NCBI GenBank assembly: GCA_045539595.1
Contig: JAZQFQ010000074.1
Coordinates: forward strand, 1,482 to 65,481
Length of the DNA: 64,000 nucleotides
Source: Eubacteriales bacterium
Lineage (GTDB): Bacteria > Bacillota > Clostridia > Oscillospirales > CAG-272
Direction of reading: 5' to 3'
The position numbers and the translations under genes were made by a program. Below the pieces are notes generated by a model. The model made no database searches and was not told where the DNA came from. It worked only from the letters and a program-made list of their open reading frames with translations. This document shows positions 19,634 to 28,824 of the stretch, piece by piece (the stretch's first letter is position 1; the number at the start of each line of letters is the position of its first letter).

Positions 19634-20544
19634 TCAAGATTCTTCAGATTGAAACCGAAATTGTTGAGGCTCATGTCGCTGTCGCGCCATTTTTCCTTTA
19701 CCTTCACCCACAGATTCAGATACACCTTGATGCCGAAGAATCGCTCCAGATCCTCTCTTGCGTAGGTGCCGATCTTTTTCAGGGTTTCGCCGCCCTTGCC
19801 GACGATGATGCCCTTATGGGACTGCTTCTCGCAGAAAATCTCCGCACGGATGCGGATGATATCCTCTTCTTCCTTGAACTCCTCGATCATGACGGCCGTG
19901 CCGTGGGGAATCTCATCGGACAGAAGCCGCAGAATTTTCTCACGGATGACCTCCGCCGCGATCTGCCTCTCCGGCTGATCGGTAGCGATATCCTCCGGGA
20001 AGAACCACACACCCTCATGCAGGAACTTTCTCGCTTCCTCCATGACGATTTCCACATTCTTGCCCTTTTCGGCGCAGGTGGGCACCACCGCGTCGAAATC
20101 GTGGAGAGATGCGTATTCTGCGATGGTCTGGGCCAGCTTTTCCCGATCCACCAGATCGATCTTGTTCAAGACAAGGATAGCCGGCAGCTTGCTCTGCTTC
20201 AGGTTTTCGATGATACGCTTTTCCGTCTCGCCGGCGGGATAGCCTGCCTCCGCGATCATGATAGCGGCATCCGCACCGCCCAGGGCGGAGGACACGGATT
20301 TCATCATGAAGCTGCCCAGTTTGTTCTTCGGCTTGTGGATACCGGGGGTGTCCATAAACACAAACTGATCGCATCCTTCGGTGAGAATACCGGTGATGCG
20401 GTTGCGGGTGGTCTGGGGCTTGCTGGACACGATGGCGATCTTTTCGCCCAGCATGGCGTTCATAAGGGTGGATTTGCCCACGTTGGGACGGCCCACGATG
20501 GCAATAAACGCCGTTCTTTTCTCACTCATAGATGTATATTCCAT
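19630..20544 (-). CDS. era: GTPase Era
   Basis: G1 'GRPNVGKST', G3 'DTPG', G4 'NKID', and a C-terminal KH domain. Confidence 0.92.
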   Translation of the reverse strand: MEYTSMSEKRTAFIAIVGRPNVGKSTLMNAMLGEKIAIVSSKPQTTRNRITGILTEGCDQFVFMDTPGIHKPKNKLGSFMMKSVSSALGGADAAIMIAEAGYPAGETEKRIIENLKQSKLPAILVLNKIDLVDREKLAQTIAEYASLHDFDAVVPTCAEKGKNVEIVMEEARKFLHEGVWFFPEDIATDQPERQIAAEVIREKILRLLSDEIPHGTAVMIEEFKEEEDIIRIRAEIFCEKQSHKGIIVGKGGETLKKIGTYAREDLERFFGIKVYLNLWVKVKEKWRDSDMSLNNFGFNLKNLE

Positions 20545-20546
20545 AA

Positions 20547-21026
20547 TTATTTACCTTCTGTCAATTTCAATTTTTTCATGATTTCCCGCTGGCGCTCACA
20601 CATGATCTCCTCGTCCTCCGGGGACCGTTCGTGATCATAGCCCAGCAAATGAAGCACGGAATGGACGCACAGAAAGGCCGCTTCCCGCTCGTAACTGTGA
20701 CCCAGCTCCGCCGCCTGCTCCCTCGCCCGTTCCAGGGAAAGGACGATATCGCCCAACTCCACCCGACCGTCGCCCAAAGGCTCCTCGCCCCCGTGAAAAT
20801 CATACAGCGGGAAGGACAGCACGTCCGTGGCCGCGTCCTTATCCCGATAGGTACGGTTCAACTCCCGTATGCCCTCGTTATCCACAAAGGTCAGGGAAAT
20901 CTCCGCATCGTGGGAGAATTTTTCGTGGATGAGCGTGGTCTTGATGGCCTTTTTAATCAGCAGCCGCATGGCCAGACCGACTTTGACTGCCGTCTGATCA
21001 TTGGCCCAGTAGATTTTCACGTTCAT
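20547..21026 (-). CDS. ybeY: rRNA maturation endoribonuclease YbeY
   Basis: The 'HSVLHLLGYDH' zinc motif; 159 aa. Confidence 0.92.
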   Translation of the reverse strand: MNVKIYWANDQTAVKVGLAMRLLIKKAIKTTLIHEKFSHDAEISLTFVDNEGIRELNRTYRDKDAATDVLSFPLYDFHGGEEPLGDGRVELGDIVLSLERAREQAAELGHSYEREAAFLCVHSVLHLLGYDHERSPEDEEIMCERQREIMKKLKLTEGK

Positions 21027-22075
21027 TTCTGTCCCTCTTTCCGCGCACGCGTGGCGTGAAACCGTTTTTTCTCCTCGGATTGACGCTCCGCCGTCCGCTG
21101 ACGGCGCTCCCGGTCATCCCGATCGTAGGCCATGATGATCTTCTGCACCAGGCGGTGACGAACCACGTCCCGCTCGGAGAATTCATGGACGGCAATGCCC
21201 TCGATATTCTTCAGAATACGCACTGCCGCCGCCAGGCCGCTCTTCTTGCCGTCGGGCAAGTCGGTCTGGGTCAAGTCACCGGTGACCACGATTTTGGAAC
21301 CGTTGCCCAGACGGGTCAAAAACATCTTCATCTGCTCCTGGGTGGTGTTCTGCGCCTCATCCAGAATGATAAAGGAATTGTCCAAGGTACGGCCGCGCAT
21401 ATAGGCCAGCGGGGCGATCTCGATGGTCATCTTCTCCATCAGACGGGCAACAGATTCCGCTCCCATCATCTCGTAAAGTGCATCATACAAGGGACGCAGG
21501 TAGGGATCGATTTTGCTCTGCAGATCACCGGGCAGGAAGCCCAGTTTCTCTCCCGCTTCCACCGCCGGGCGGGTCAGGATGATGCGGGAAATCTCGTGAG
21601 TACGCAGTGCTTTCACCGCCATAGCCACCGCCAAATAGGTTTTGCCCGTACCGGCCGGGCCGGTACTGATGACGATGGTATTTTTGTTTATGGCATCCAC
21701 ATACTTCTTCTGTCCCACGGTCTTAGCCTTTACCGGCTTGCCGCGGGCGGTGACGAAGAAGCAGTCGTCATCCAGCTCCGCCAGTTCGTTCTGCGCGCCG
21801 TCGCTGATCATGCGGATGACGTAATCCACGCTCTGATCGCTCAGCTCATCGCCCAGGGATGCGGCCTTCTTCATATAGGTCAGCGCATCGTGGGCCCGGG
21901 ATGCGGCCCCTTCCTCTCCTTCAATGACGATGCAGTCCCCCGCTCCGTTTTCATCGGCGCGGTTGAAGATGCGCACGCCGAAGGCTTCCTCCAGCCGGCG
22001 GGCGTGTTTGTCAAAGCTTCCGAAGATACAGCGGGTGATTTCGGAATTGGATACCAGTAATTTTTTCTGTGTCAT
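21023..22075 (-). CDS. phoH: PhoH-family ATPase
   Basis: Walker A 'GPAGTGKTYLA' and 'ILDEAQN'. ATG at 22075 gives 'MTQKKLLV'. Confidence 0.9.
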   Translation of the reverse strand: MTQKKLLVSNSEITRCIFGSFDKHARRLEEAFGVRIFNRADENGAGDCIVIEGEEGAASRAHDALTYMKKAASLGDELSDQSVDYVIRMISDGAQNELAELDDDCFFVTARGKPVKAKTVGQKKYVDAINKNTIVISTGPAGTGKTYLAVAMAVKALRTHEISRIILTRPAVEAGEKLGFLPGDLQSKIDPYLRPLYDALYEMMGAESVARLMEKMTIEIAPLAYMRGRTLDNSFIILDEAQNTTQEQMKMFLTRLGNGSKIVVTGDLTQTDLPDGKKSGLAAAVRILKNIEGIAVHEFSERDVVRHRLVQKIIMAYDRDDRERRQRTAERQSEEKKRFHATRARKEGQK

Positions 22076-22115
22076 ATATATCCTTCTGTTTTTCAGTAAG
22101 AATTTTCGGTTTTTG

Positions 22116-23303
22116 TCAGGGGACTGAAACACCGGCGGCAGCGGCGATATCCGTCACGCACACCAGATGGGCTGTGATGCGATATCCGTTCTCATCGGCG
22201 TGATGCTCACTTTCCACCGAGAGGATTTCCGCCGTGGCCAGAAGAGCGTCCAACTCTTTCCGATACTGCTGCATGGCCGCCACATAGGCTTCCGTATCGG
22301 TGAGAGATCCGGGTTCCATGTGGTATGCCTGATCGCGTTCGGTGCGGATACCGATGGGAATCGGCATGCCGCCCGGCAAAGTCAAGCAGTTCTCCGATAC
22401 TATTGTATCATAAGTTGGGTTGTCAATGCTACTCTTTCCGAAAAGTTTTATTTCTTTTCCGAAAAAAATCAACGATTTTCTCACATTTTCCTCGCCGGTG
22501 TACACCTTTTTCGCCTGATTTTTCGGAATTTCCACCATGATTTGCCGATTCACTCGCGCCAGCACGGTGCCCGATGCGTGCTCATACCGCACGCCTGCCT
22601 CCCCTACGGCAATCACGCCGCTGATCAGCAGCTCCCCCTTCCGCACCACGTCGTGGATGGCCACCGCTGCCTTTCCGCCCCGGATCTGCACCTCCACGAT
22701 CTGTCCGTCCTCGGCGGCAACGATGTTGGAAATCCCCGTGGAATTCTCCCCCGCCCTGCGGCCGCCCAGATTTTCCCGCACCTGCACACGGGCCACCGTG
22801 CCCTCCATATTGACGGAGATCCAGGCAATCTCGTCGGTGGTAAGCAGAAATTCGTTCTGGAGCACGTCGAAATCCACGAAGCGGAAAGGCGATCCCACGC
22901 CGAATCCGTAATCTGACAGCATGCGGATAATCTGTGTCTTATCCAGTTTTTCGTTTCCCGTCACGTCCACTTCCCATACCACACGGCAGGACAATGCGAT
23001 CAGTAAAGCGAACACGGCCGCGCCGATCGGAATGCCCCACCGCCGCTTGTAACGGCGCAGAAGGGCAGGCAGGCCCCGCAGATCTCCCCATTGTACGGCC
23101 ACGGCCGACGCGTCGCACAGACTGCGAAAGGTACCTACATCCCGCTCCCGGATGCGGAATGCGATGCCCCCGTCCGCCGTATTGCGCATCCGCCAATGAG
23201 CAACACCGCTTTCACGCAATCCGTTGAGCACGCCGACTGCGTGCTCCTGCGAGGCGGAAACGTCCCTGTATCCTGCTGTAATCTGCAAAAGTGTTTTCAG
23301 CAT
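22116..23303 (-). CDS. yqfD: sporulation protein YqfD
   Basis: 395 aa with a central TM segment. It holds the conserved position between yqfC and phoH, and the family resemblance is by eye. Confidence 0.82.
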   Translation of the reverse strand: MLKTLLQITAGYRDVSASQEHAVGVLNGLRESGVAHWRMRNTADGGIAFRIRERDVGTFRSLCDASAVAVQWGDLRGLPALLRRYKRRWGIPIGAAVFALLIALSCRVVWEVDVTGNEKLDKTQIIRMLSDYGFGVGSPFRFVDFDVLQNEFLLTTDEIAWISVNMEGTVARVQVRENLGGRRAGENSTGISNIVAAEDGQIVEVQIRGGKAAVAIHDVVRKGELLISGVIAVGEAGVRYEHASGTVLARVNRQIMVEIPKNQAKKVYTGEENVRKSLIFFGKEIKLFGKSSIDNPTYDTIVSENCLTLPGGMPIPIGIRTERDQAYHMEPGSLTDTEAYVAAMQQYRKELDALLATAEILSVESEHHADENGYRITAHLVCVTDIAAAAGVSVP

Positions 23304-23617
23304 ATCTCACCCTCCTGCGGCATCCGTGTGCGGACGGTGTGAATCCGTCCGCACACGGTGATCCGATCGCTCAGGAGTGATTCCATTTCCAGGCATTCTC
23401 CCTGTATCATCACATGGCCGGAGGTAACCCGAAGGAGAATCCGCTCCGTGGTGTAGTCCAGAACACTGCGGCACCCGGTCACGCTTACCTCCCGATCCCC
23501 CACAATCTGCACGGTACTGAGGGAGGTAATCCCCTCCAGCGGCACATCCAGCATCTGCCGCATCCGCTGGGTGAATCGCCCGGATGATTTTTTTCTCTTA
23601 CTCAATCTATTTTCCAC
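23297..23617 (-). CDS. yqfC: YabP/YqfC-family sporulation protein
   Basis: About 100 aa, with 'MLDVPLE...VQIVGDREVSVTGCRSVLDYT' of YqfC type. It overlaps yqfD. The start codon (GTG at 23617) is uncertain. Confidence 0.72.
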   Translation of the reverse strand: MENRLSKRKKSSGRFTQRMRQMLDVPLEGITSLSTVQIVGDREVSVTGCRSVLDYTTERILLRVTSGHVMIQGECLEMESLLSDRITVCGRIHTVRTRMPQEGEIC

Positions 23618-23706
23618 CGCCTTATCATAGATATAAATGTACCTACGGTATCTGGTTCATCATATGCCGCAGGGGATGGCATCATTACGATTTCGCGGGA
23701 GGATCT

Positions 23707-24786
23707 ATGGGGAAAAATGGACGGGATCGGTGCACTGCGCGTGCGTCATCTGTTGTGCTGCTGGCGTGCGCCCTTGTGCTTCTGGCTTATTCCGATGCGG
23801 CCGGGGAGGCGGGCTATGCCGCCTTGAAGCTGTGCGCGTCCGTAATCGTTCCCTCCCTGTTTCCGTACATGGTGATCTCTTCCCTGCTCGTTCTGAGCGG
23901 AGCTGCCACGGAAATAGGCGGATGGTTTGCCCGGCCGGTACGCTATCTCTTTCACCTGCCAGGATGCGCGGGGAGCGCGTTTCTCCTCGGCGCGTTGTGC
24001 GGCTTTCCCGTGGGGGCAAAGACCGCCTGCGAGCTACACGAAAACGGATCGCTGACGCGGCAGGAGTGTGAGAGGCTGATCGCCATCGCCAACAACACGG
24101 GGCCGTCCTTTGTGATCGAAGTGGTGGGGGCTCACCTCTGGGGAAGCCGCGGCATGGGGCTGACCATCTATCTTTCGCAGATCGCGTCGGCTGTACTGAT
24201 CGGCTGGGTCGATGCCCGCCGATCCTCCCTAGGAATGGATCACGGCCAACGGGAATCGGTATCCGCGCCCGGGCCGCAGGACCGAATGCAATGCCTGAGT
24301 CTGGCCATTTCCTCCTCCGCCCGCGCGGTGCTGTCCGTGTGCGGATTCATTGTATTTTTCGGCGTGGCATCCACTCTTGCGGAAATGCTGCTGGCACGGC
24401 TGCATCTGGGGGCCGCGGCACCGTACATCAGCGCCCTTCTGGAATTTTCCGGCGGGGCGGCACGGGCCGCGGATCTGGGCGGTGTCCGCGGCGCGTTTCT
24501 TACCGGATTTGCCGTGGGATGGTCGGGGATCTCCATCTTCGCCCAATGCAAATCCTTCACCGCGCCCCACGGCATCGGACTGCGGCACACCGCCCTGTGC
24601 AAGGGGATACAGGGGATACTCGTCGGCGCTTCGGCGGCGGTGTATGAGGCGTTTTTCTTTGTGCCGTCCGCCGTCAGCAGTACGGTGGTGCCCCTGCAGG
24701 ACATCCCGGCATCTGTTTGGGCGGCGGAAATACTGATTCTTGCCGCAATGGCCCTGTTTTTTCGGCAAAAATCCGCCATTTCCTGA
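23707..24786 (+). CDS. ylbJ: sporulation integral membrane protein YlbJ (nucleoside-recognition/Gate domain)
   Basis: Polytopic membrane protein with 'SLFPYMVISSLLV' and 'ANNTGPSF' motifs. ATG at 23707 follows GGGAGG. Confidence 0.72.
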   Translation: MGKNGRDRCTARASSVVLLACALVLLAYSDAAGEAGYAALKLCASVIVPSLFPYMVISSLLVLSGAATEIGGWFARPVRYLFHLPGCAGSAFLLGALCGFPVGAKTACELHENGSLTRQECERLIAIANNTGPSFVIEVVGAHLWGSRGMGLTIYLSQIASAVLIGWVDARRSSLGMDHGQRESVSAPGPQDRMQCLSLAISSSARAVLSVCGFIVFFGVASTLAEMLLARLHLGAAAPYISALLEFSGGAARAADLGGVRGAFLTGFAVGWSGISIFAQCKSFTAPHGIGLRHTALCKGIQGILVGASAAVYEAFFFVPSAVSSTVVPLQDIPASVWAAEILILAAMALFFRQKSAIS

Positions 24787-24856
24787 TTGAGCCCTTGATT
24801 TCCGTTTCGCAAAGTAGTATACTGGATACAGGAAGTCGGGTATGGGAGAGGTATGT

Positions 24857-25075
24857 ATGAAAAAGAAATCGCCGGAGTTGGAGAAACTGTGCAAATTCTG
24901 CGAGCGGGCATCGTCCTTGAACGATCCCGATCGGATGCTTTGCCACAAAAAGGGTGTGGTCAGCGCCGCCTATGTTTGCCGTGCCTTTCAGTACGATCCG
25001 CTGAAGCGGGATCCGGGGAAGCGAATCAAGGCGGAAATCCCCACTTTTTCCGACGCAGAGATGCCGGAAGTATAA
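24857..25075 (+). CDS. small Cys-containing hypothetical protein (72 aa)
   Basis: ATG at 24857 lies 5 nt after GGGAGAGG. 'CKFC...C...C' gives four Cys residues. A hairpin and T-run lie downstream. Confidence 0.45.
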   Translation: MKKKSPELEKLCKFCERASSLNDPDRMLCHKKGVVSAAYVCRAFQYDPLKRDPGKRIKAEIPTFSDAEMPEV

Positions 25076-25095
25076 GGAAAATCTCATAATATCTG

Positions 25096-25124
25096 TTTAC
25101 AAGCACACAAAAGTATGGTATACT
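25096..25124 (+). promoter_or_regulatory. sigma-A promoter upstream of prfB
   Basis: TTTACA (25096-25101), a 17-nt spacer, then TATACT (25119-25124) with TG at -15/-14. Confidence 0.55.
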
Positions 25125-25179
25125 GTTTTTGTGTGCTTTTCTTTTTATGGAAGATAACTTCGGCACACGGAGGTATTCA

Positions 25180-26295
25180 TTGATTATTGCATTGGAAGAA
25201 GCCAAGCTTGAATTAAATAATTTCCGGGACCAGGTCAAGGAGTTGGGCAACGCCCTCCGCATCGATTCTTTGCGGGAGCAGGCCATGACGCTGGAGGAGA
25301 AATCCCAGTCCCCCGATTTCTGGAACGACCAGGAGAAATCCACCAAATCCCTGCAGACGCTGAAGCAGCTGAAGGATAAGATCGAACGCTATGAGAATCT
25401 GTGCACTAAGCTGGACGACACGATTACGATGGCTGAATTAGCCATCGAGGAGAACGACGAATCTCTGACAGAGGAGATTCTCTCGGATGTGGCCGCCATC
25501 AAGGCGGAGGAGGAGAAGCAGCGCATTGAGATCCTGCTCAGCGGTCCTTACGACAAGAACAACGCCATCCTCTCCTTCCATCCCGGTGCGGGCGGAACGG
25601 AGGCACAGGACTGGGCCCAGATGCTGTACCGCATGTACATGCGCTGGGGCGAATCCCACGGTTACAACGTGAAGTTGGTGGACTGGCTGGAAGGCGACGA
25701 GGCGGGCATCAAATCCGCCACGCTGATTATCGAAGGCATGAACGCCTACGGATTCCTCAAGAGTGAGCACGGCGTACACCGTCTGGTGCGCGTATCCCCC
25801 TTTGACTCCTCCGGACGCCGCCATACCTCCTTCTCGTCCGTGGAGGTTATGCCCGAATTCAACGACGACGACAACTCCATCACGCTCCGCGATGAGGATT
25901 TGGAGATCACGGCTCACCGTTCCAGCGGCGCCGGCGGTCAGCACATCAACAAGACCGACTCCGCCATCCGCATCGTGCATATCCCCACCGGTATCGTGGT
26001 GGGCTGTCAGACCGAGCGTAGCCAGCTCCAGAACAAAGAAACCGCTTTGAAGATGCTGAAATCCAAGCTGATGGAGATCAAGGAGCGGGAGAAGTTGGAA
26101 CGCATCGAGGATATCCAGGGAACCAAGGTGAACATCGAGTGGGGTTCCCAGATCCGCTCTTATGTATTTATGCCCTACACCCTGGCGAAGGACACCCGTA
26201 CCGGCTATGAAATCGCCGACATCCAGGCGGTTATGGACGGGGAGATCGACGGATTCATCAACGCCTATCTGAAGAAGATGTCCGCCGCCGAATAA
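25180..26295 (+). CDS. prfB: peptide chain release factor 2, encoded in a single frame
   Basis: 'SPF' within 'RVSPFDSSGRRHTSF' and 'GGQ' within 'SGAGGQHINKTDSA'. The probable TTG start at 25180 lies 5 nt after GGAGGT. ATG at 25147 is an alternative but has no RBS. Confidence 0.88.
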   Translation: MIIALEEAKLELNNFRDQVKELGNALRIDSLREQAMTLEEKSQSPDFWNDQEKSTKSLQTLKQLKDKIERYENLCTKLDDTITMAELAIEENDESLTEEILSDVAAIKAEEEKQRIEILLSGPYDKNNAILSFHPGAGGTEAQDWAQMLYRMYMRWGESHGYNVKLVDWLEGDEAGIKSATLIIEGMNAYGFLKSEHGVHRLVRVSPFDSSGRRHTSFSSVEVMPEFNDDDNSITLRDEDLEITAHRSSGAGGQHINKTDSAIRIVHIPTGIVVGCQTERSQLQNKETALKMLKSKLMEIKEREKLERIEDIQGTKVNIEWGSQIRSYVFMPYTLAKDTRTGYEIADIQAVMDGEIDGFINAYLKKMSAAE

Positions 26296-26316
26296 TTCTC
26301 ACAGGAGGCGATTTCC

Positions 26317-27087
26317 ATGATCAAAGAAACGTCCCGGCAAGTCGCCTCAACGGTTTTTGAGGGGATGACTTCCCTGTCCGCTGTTATCGAATCTGCTCTG
26401 TCGGGCAAGAACGACCGGCGGATCACGGAAGTGCTGTTTGACAAAAGCAAGGCGCAATCCAAGGCGAAGGAGATCGCCTACCTGCGCCGGATGGCCGAAA
26501 AACTGGATTTTACGGTGACGGAAGCCGATGCCTCGGAGATTGACGCTCTGGCCACGGGCAATTCCCACGGAGGCATCATTGCACGGTGCACGGAGCGGAC
26601 GATTCCCACGCTGACGTCGGAATCCCTGCCCGAGGCGGGATTTGTTACGATGATTGAGGGGATTGAGGATCCCTACAATTTCGGATATGCCCTGCGCTCC
26701 ATCTACGCCGCAGGTGCCGATGCCGTGATTCTCACGCCGCGCAATTGGATGAGTGCCGCCGGTGTGGTGTGCCGTTCTTCCGCCGGGGCGTCGGAGTTGC
26801 TTCCCCTGTTTGTGAGCGAACCGGCCGATGCCGTACATATAGCGAAATCCGCCGGATACAAAGTGGTCTGTGCCGGCATCCGGGATTCCGTATCCGCCTT
26901 TGACGCGGATCTCACCCGACCGATCTTTTTGATCGTGGGCGGCGAAAAGCGAGGCATTTCCCGTGCCGTGCTGGATCTGGCCGATGAAGTGGTACGCCTG
27001 GACTACGGACGCCCTTTTCGCGGATCTCTGTCCGCCGCGTCCGCCGCATCCATATTGGCATATGAGGTGCTGCGGCAAAATCGATAA
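26317..27087 (+). CDS. SpoU/TrmH-family RNA 2'-O-methyltransferase (RlmB-like)
   Basis: 'IEDPYNFGYALRS', 'LIVGGEKRGIS' and a C-terminal knot motif 'SLSAASAASILAYE'. RBS is GGAGG. Confidence 0.85.
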   Translation: MIKETSRQVASTVFEGMTSLSAVIESALSGKNDRRITEVLFDKSKAQSKAKEIAYLRRMAEKLDFTVTEADASEIDALATGNSHGGIIARCTERTIPTLTSESLPEAGFVTMIEGIEDPYNFGYALRSIYAAGADAVILTPRNWMSAAGVVCRSSAGASELLPLFVSEPADAVHIAKSAGYKVVCAGIRDSVSAFDADLTRPIFLIVGGEKRGISRAVLDLADEVVRLDYGRPFRGSLSAASAASILAYEVLRQNR

Positions 27088-27091
27088 AAAT

Positions 27092-27124
27092 AACCGGTCG
27101 CTCGTTTGAGCGGCCGGTTTTGTT
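27092..27124. terminator. bidirectional terminator
   Basis: 12-bp stem AACCGGTCGCTC/GAGCGGCCGGTT with flanking A and T runs, between convergent genes. Confidence 0.6.
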
Positions 27125-27126
27125 AT

Positions 27127-27537
27127 TCACTTATTGAACCCATACATTTCAGACGCAAGGCTTTTGTCTCTGGTATAATATGCGCTGTTGAAGTAAATGT
27201 ACAACGTATCGGGATCATTGGCAAGCAGCCATGCCGGTTCCATTTGAGCGTCTTTGTACGGAACTCCTTCTTGATTGACAAAAACCACATACACCTCACC
27301 CTTAACAAATCCTTCGTCATGATCATCCGACAACGGAGCCTGATCCATCAAATAATAATCCACGCCATGGTATGTGATATGATCGTACAACAAATACTGC
27401 CTTACTATACTGTACGGGAGGATTTCCGCCATAATGTCGGGGCGAATAAGCGTAATTCCTGGTATTCCGACCAGCAGAACAACACACAAAATAATCGCAA
27501 CGATCACGATGTTTCTTCTCGCAGGGGATTTTTTCAT
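27127..27537 (-). CDS. hypothetical membrane-anchored protein (136 aa)
   Basis: N-terminal TM 'IVIVAIILCVVLLVGIPGI'. AT-richer than its flanks. No family recognised. Confidence 0.55.
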   Translation of the reverse strand: MKKSPARRNIVIVAIILCVVLLVGIPGITLIRPDIMAEILPYSIVRQYLLYDHITYHGVDYYLMDQAPLSDDHDEGFVKGEVYVVFVNQEGVPYKDAQMEPAWLLANDPDTLYIYFNSAYYTRDKSLASEMYGFNK

Positions 27538-27599
27538 ACGGATTCACCTCGATAAAAATGTTCTGTACTGTCAGTATACCATACAAATATCTACTTAGC

Positions 27600-27870
27600 A
27601 ATACATCAAGGCTTCTCCTTGAGGAGAAGCTGTCACCGTAAGTGACTAATGAGGTGTTACTGGGTACAAACTGTGTTATTTTTTCCACCTCATCCGTCAC
27701 GGCGATGCCGTGCCACCTTCCCCTCAAGGGGAAGGCTTGAGTTAGGCAGTTACCACATCGGTGGTAGTAGGGCAATTACCGCAAGTGACGGATCATTCAA
27801 CGAACCTATAGGCTCAGCGTGTGAAATGCCCCAAGGGGACAATCGCAAGCCACCGGCACGGCTGGGGTTA
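27600..27870. other. highly structured non-coding segment (candidate ncRNA or leader; class not identified)
   Basis: Several perfect local hairpins: GCTTCTCC/GGAGAAGC, GTCAC/GTGAC, ATGAGGTG/CACCTCAT, CACGGC/GCCGTG, CCTTCCCC/GGGGAAGG, TACCAC/GTGGTA. There is also a 9-bp long-range pair, ATCCGTCAC (27692) with GTGACGGAT (27785). I see no credible ORF. Confidence 0.25.
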
Positions 27871-27876
27871 TTTTAC

Positions 27877-27905
27877 TTGCAAATGGGTGCGGGATGTGGT
27901 AAAAT
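27877..27905 (+). promoter_or_regulatory. sigma-A promoter for 27986..28756
   Basis: TTGCAA, a 17-nt spacer, then TAAAAT with an upstream TG. Confidence 0.5.
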
Positions 27906-27985
27906 GAGAGTGTAAGTGTATACCTCGCTCTATGAGCATGAGTCGACACATCAATTCCAGTTAACACAAATGACAGTTTAGGAGA

Positions 27986-28756
27986 ATGAGTATGAAGAAT
28001 GCCAAATATGTTTTGCTGCCGCTATTGGTTGCTCTTATCGTTTCCTTGTCTGTTTTGGATGTATTGGCTGCCGGCACAGGCCTGGTTATGGAGGAATTTC
28101 CTCAGGAAAAGCTGGAGCATGCGATAAAAGTCACCAATTTGTCTCTTCTGTTAACTGAGCCGCAGAGAACTTCCATTGACTGTTTTGATGTAAGGGAAGA
28201 TCACACACTTGCAGTGGGATATTCGGTAGTCTTCCCCGATCTTTGGCACGCAGTCATATGTGTGTATTCGCCGGACGGTGTATTCCAATACGGATACGAA
28301 TTTTTCACATCCGGAGCATACAAAGTTGAGTGGGCAGAAGATAATTTGCTCATATACAAAGTGCGAGGTGATTCTGCATATGAGGTTACGCCAAAAGGAG
28401 AAATCGTTTCGGTAACTACAATCGCCTCCACCGAGGAAAACCGGGAGTATTGGCGTAAATCCGTAGAATCCCGCAAGAGAACCGTAGGAGATACAATATA
28501 TCGTCTCAAAAATGATATGGGACCTGTATTGAATTTCTTGGCATCTTCCTATTCTCAAGTGGTTCGTATAGACAGCGATGGGGAAACGGTATATCTCATA
28601 GATAACAGCTCACAGCAATTGGTAAAATACATAATTGGCATTACTCTAATCTTACTTTTTTGGACAATTGTCATAACTGGTCTTATAGTAGAGCTTTTGA
28701 AAGGACGCAAAAAGTATCTTTCCGAACAGCAAAAAAACGAGTGTTCGAACTCATAA
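27986..28756 (+). CDS. hypothetical secreted/membrane protein (256 aa)
   Basis: N-terminal signal/TM and a C-terminal TM 'YIIGITLILLFWTIVITGLIV'. RBS is AGGAGA. AT-richer than the core genome. Confidence 0.6.
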   Translation: MSMKNAKYVLLPLLVALIVSLSVLDVLAAGTGLVMEEFPQEKLEHAIKVTNLSLLLTEPQRTSIDCFDVREDHTLAVGYSVVFPDLWHAVICVYSPDGVFQYGYEFFTSGAYKVEWAEDNLLIYKVRGDSAYEVTPKGEIVSVTTIASTEENREYWRKSVESRKRTVGDTIYRLKNDMGPVLNFLASSYSQVVRIDSDGETVYLIDNSSQQLVKYIIGITLILLFWTIVITGLIVELLKGRKKYLSEQQKNECSNS

Positions 28757-28783
28757 AAAATAACATTTTGGGTTCCACACACT

Positions 28784-28813
28784 AAAAGGCTGTCGCAAAA
28801 GCGACAGCCTTTT
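28784..28813. terminator. bidirectional terminator
   Basis: AAAAGGCTGTCGC-AAAA-GCGACAGCCTTTT. Confidence 0.75.
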
Positions 28814-28824
28814 AGTTTCACTTA

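Noticed and set aside
23584-23706. N-terminal extension of ylbJ
   Set aside because: The extension overlaps the divergent yqfC start region. ATG at 23707 has a GGGAGG RBS and begins the hydrophobic N-terminus.
25129-25179. Upstream ATG starts and a possible +1 frameshift site in prfB
   Set aside because: No RBS precedes ATG 25129 or 25147. The RF2 alignment begins near the TTG at 25180. No in-frame TGA with a CTT slippery codon is present.
27800-27870. c-di-GMP-I (GEMM-I) riboswitch
   Set aside because: Only the 3' half shows loose similarity (GGGAC..CGCAAGCC..GGGGTTA). The ACGCAAAGCC core differs, and I did not find the 5' GGCAAAC/GAAA hairpin. The evidence is insufficient to call.
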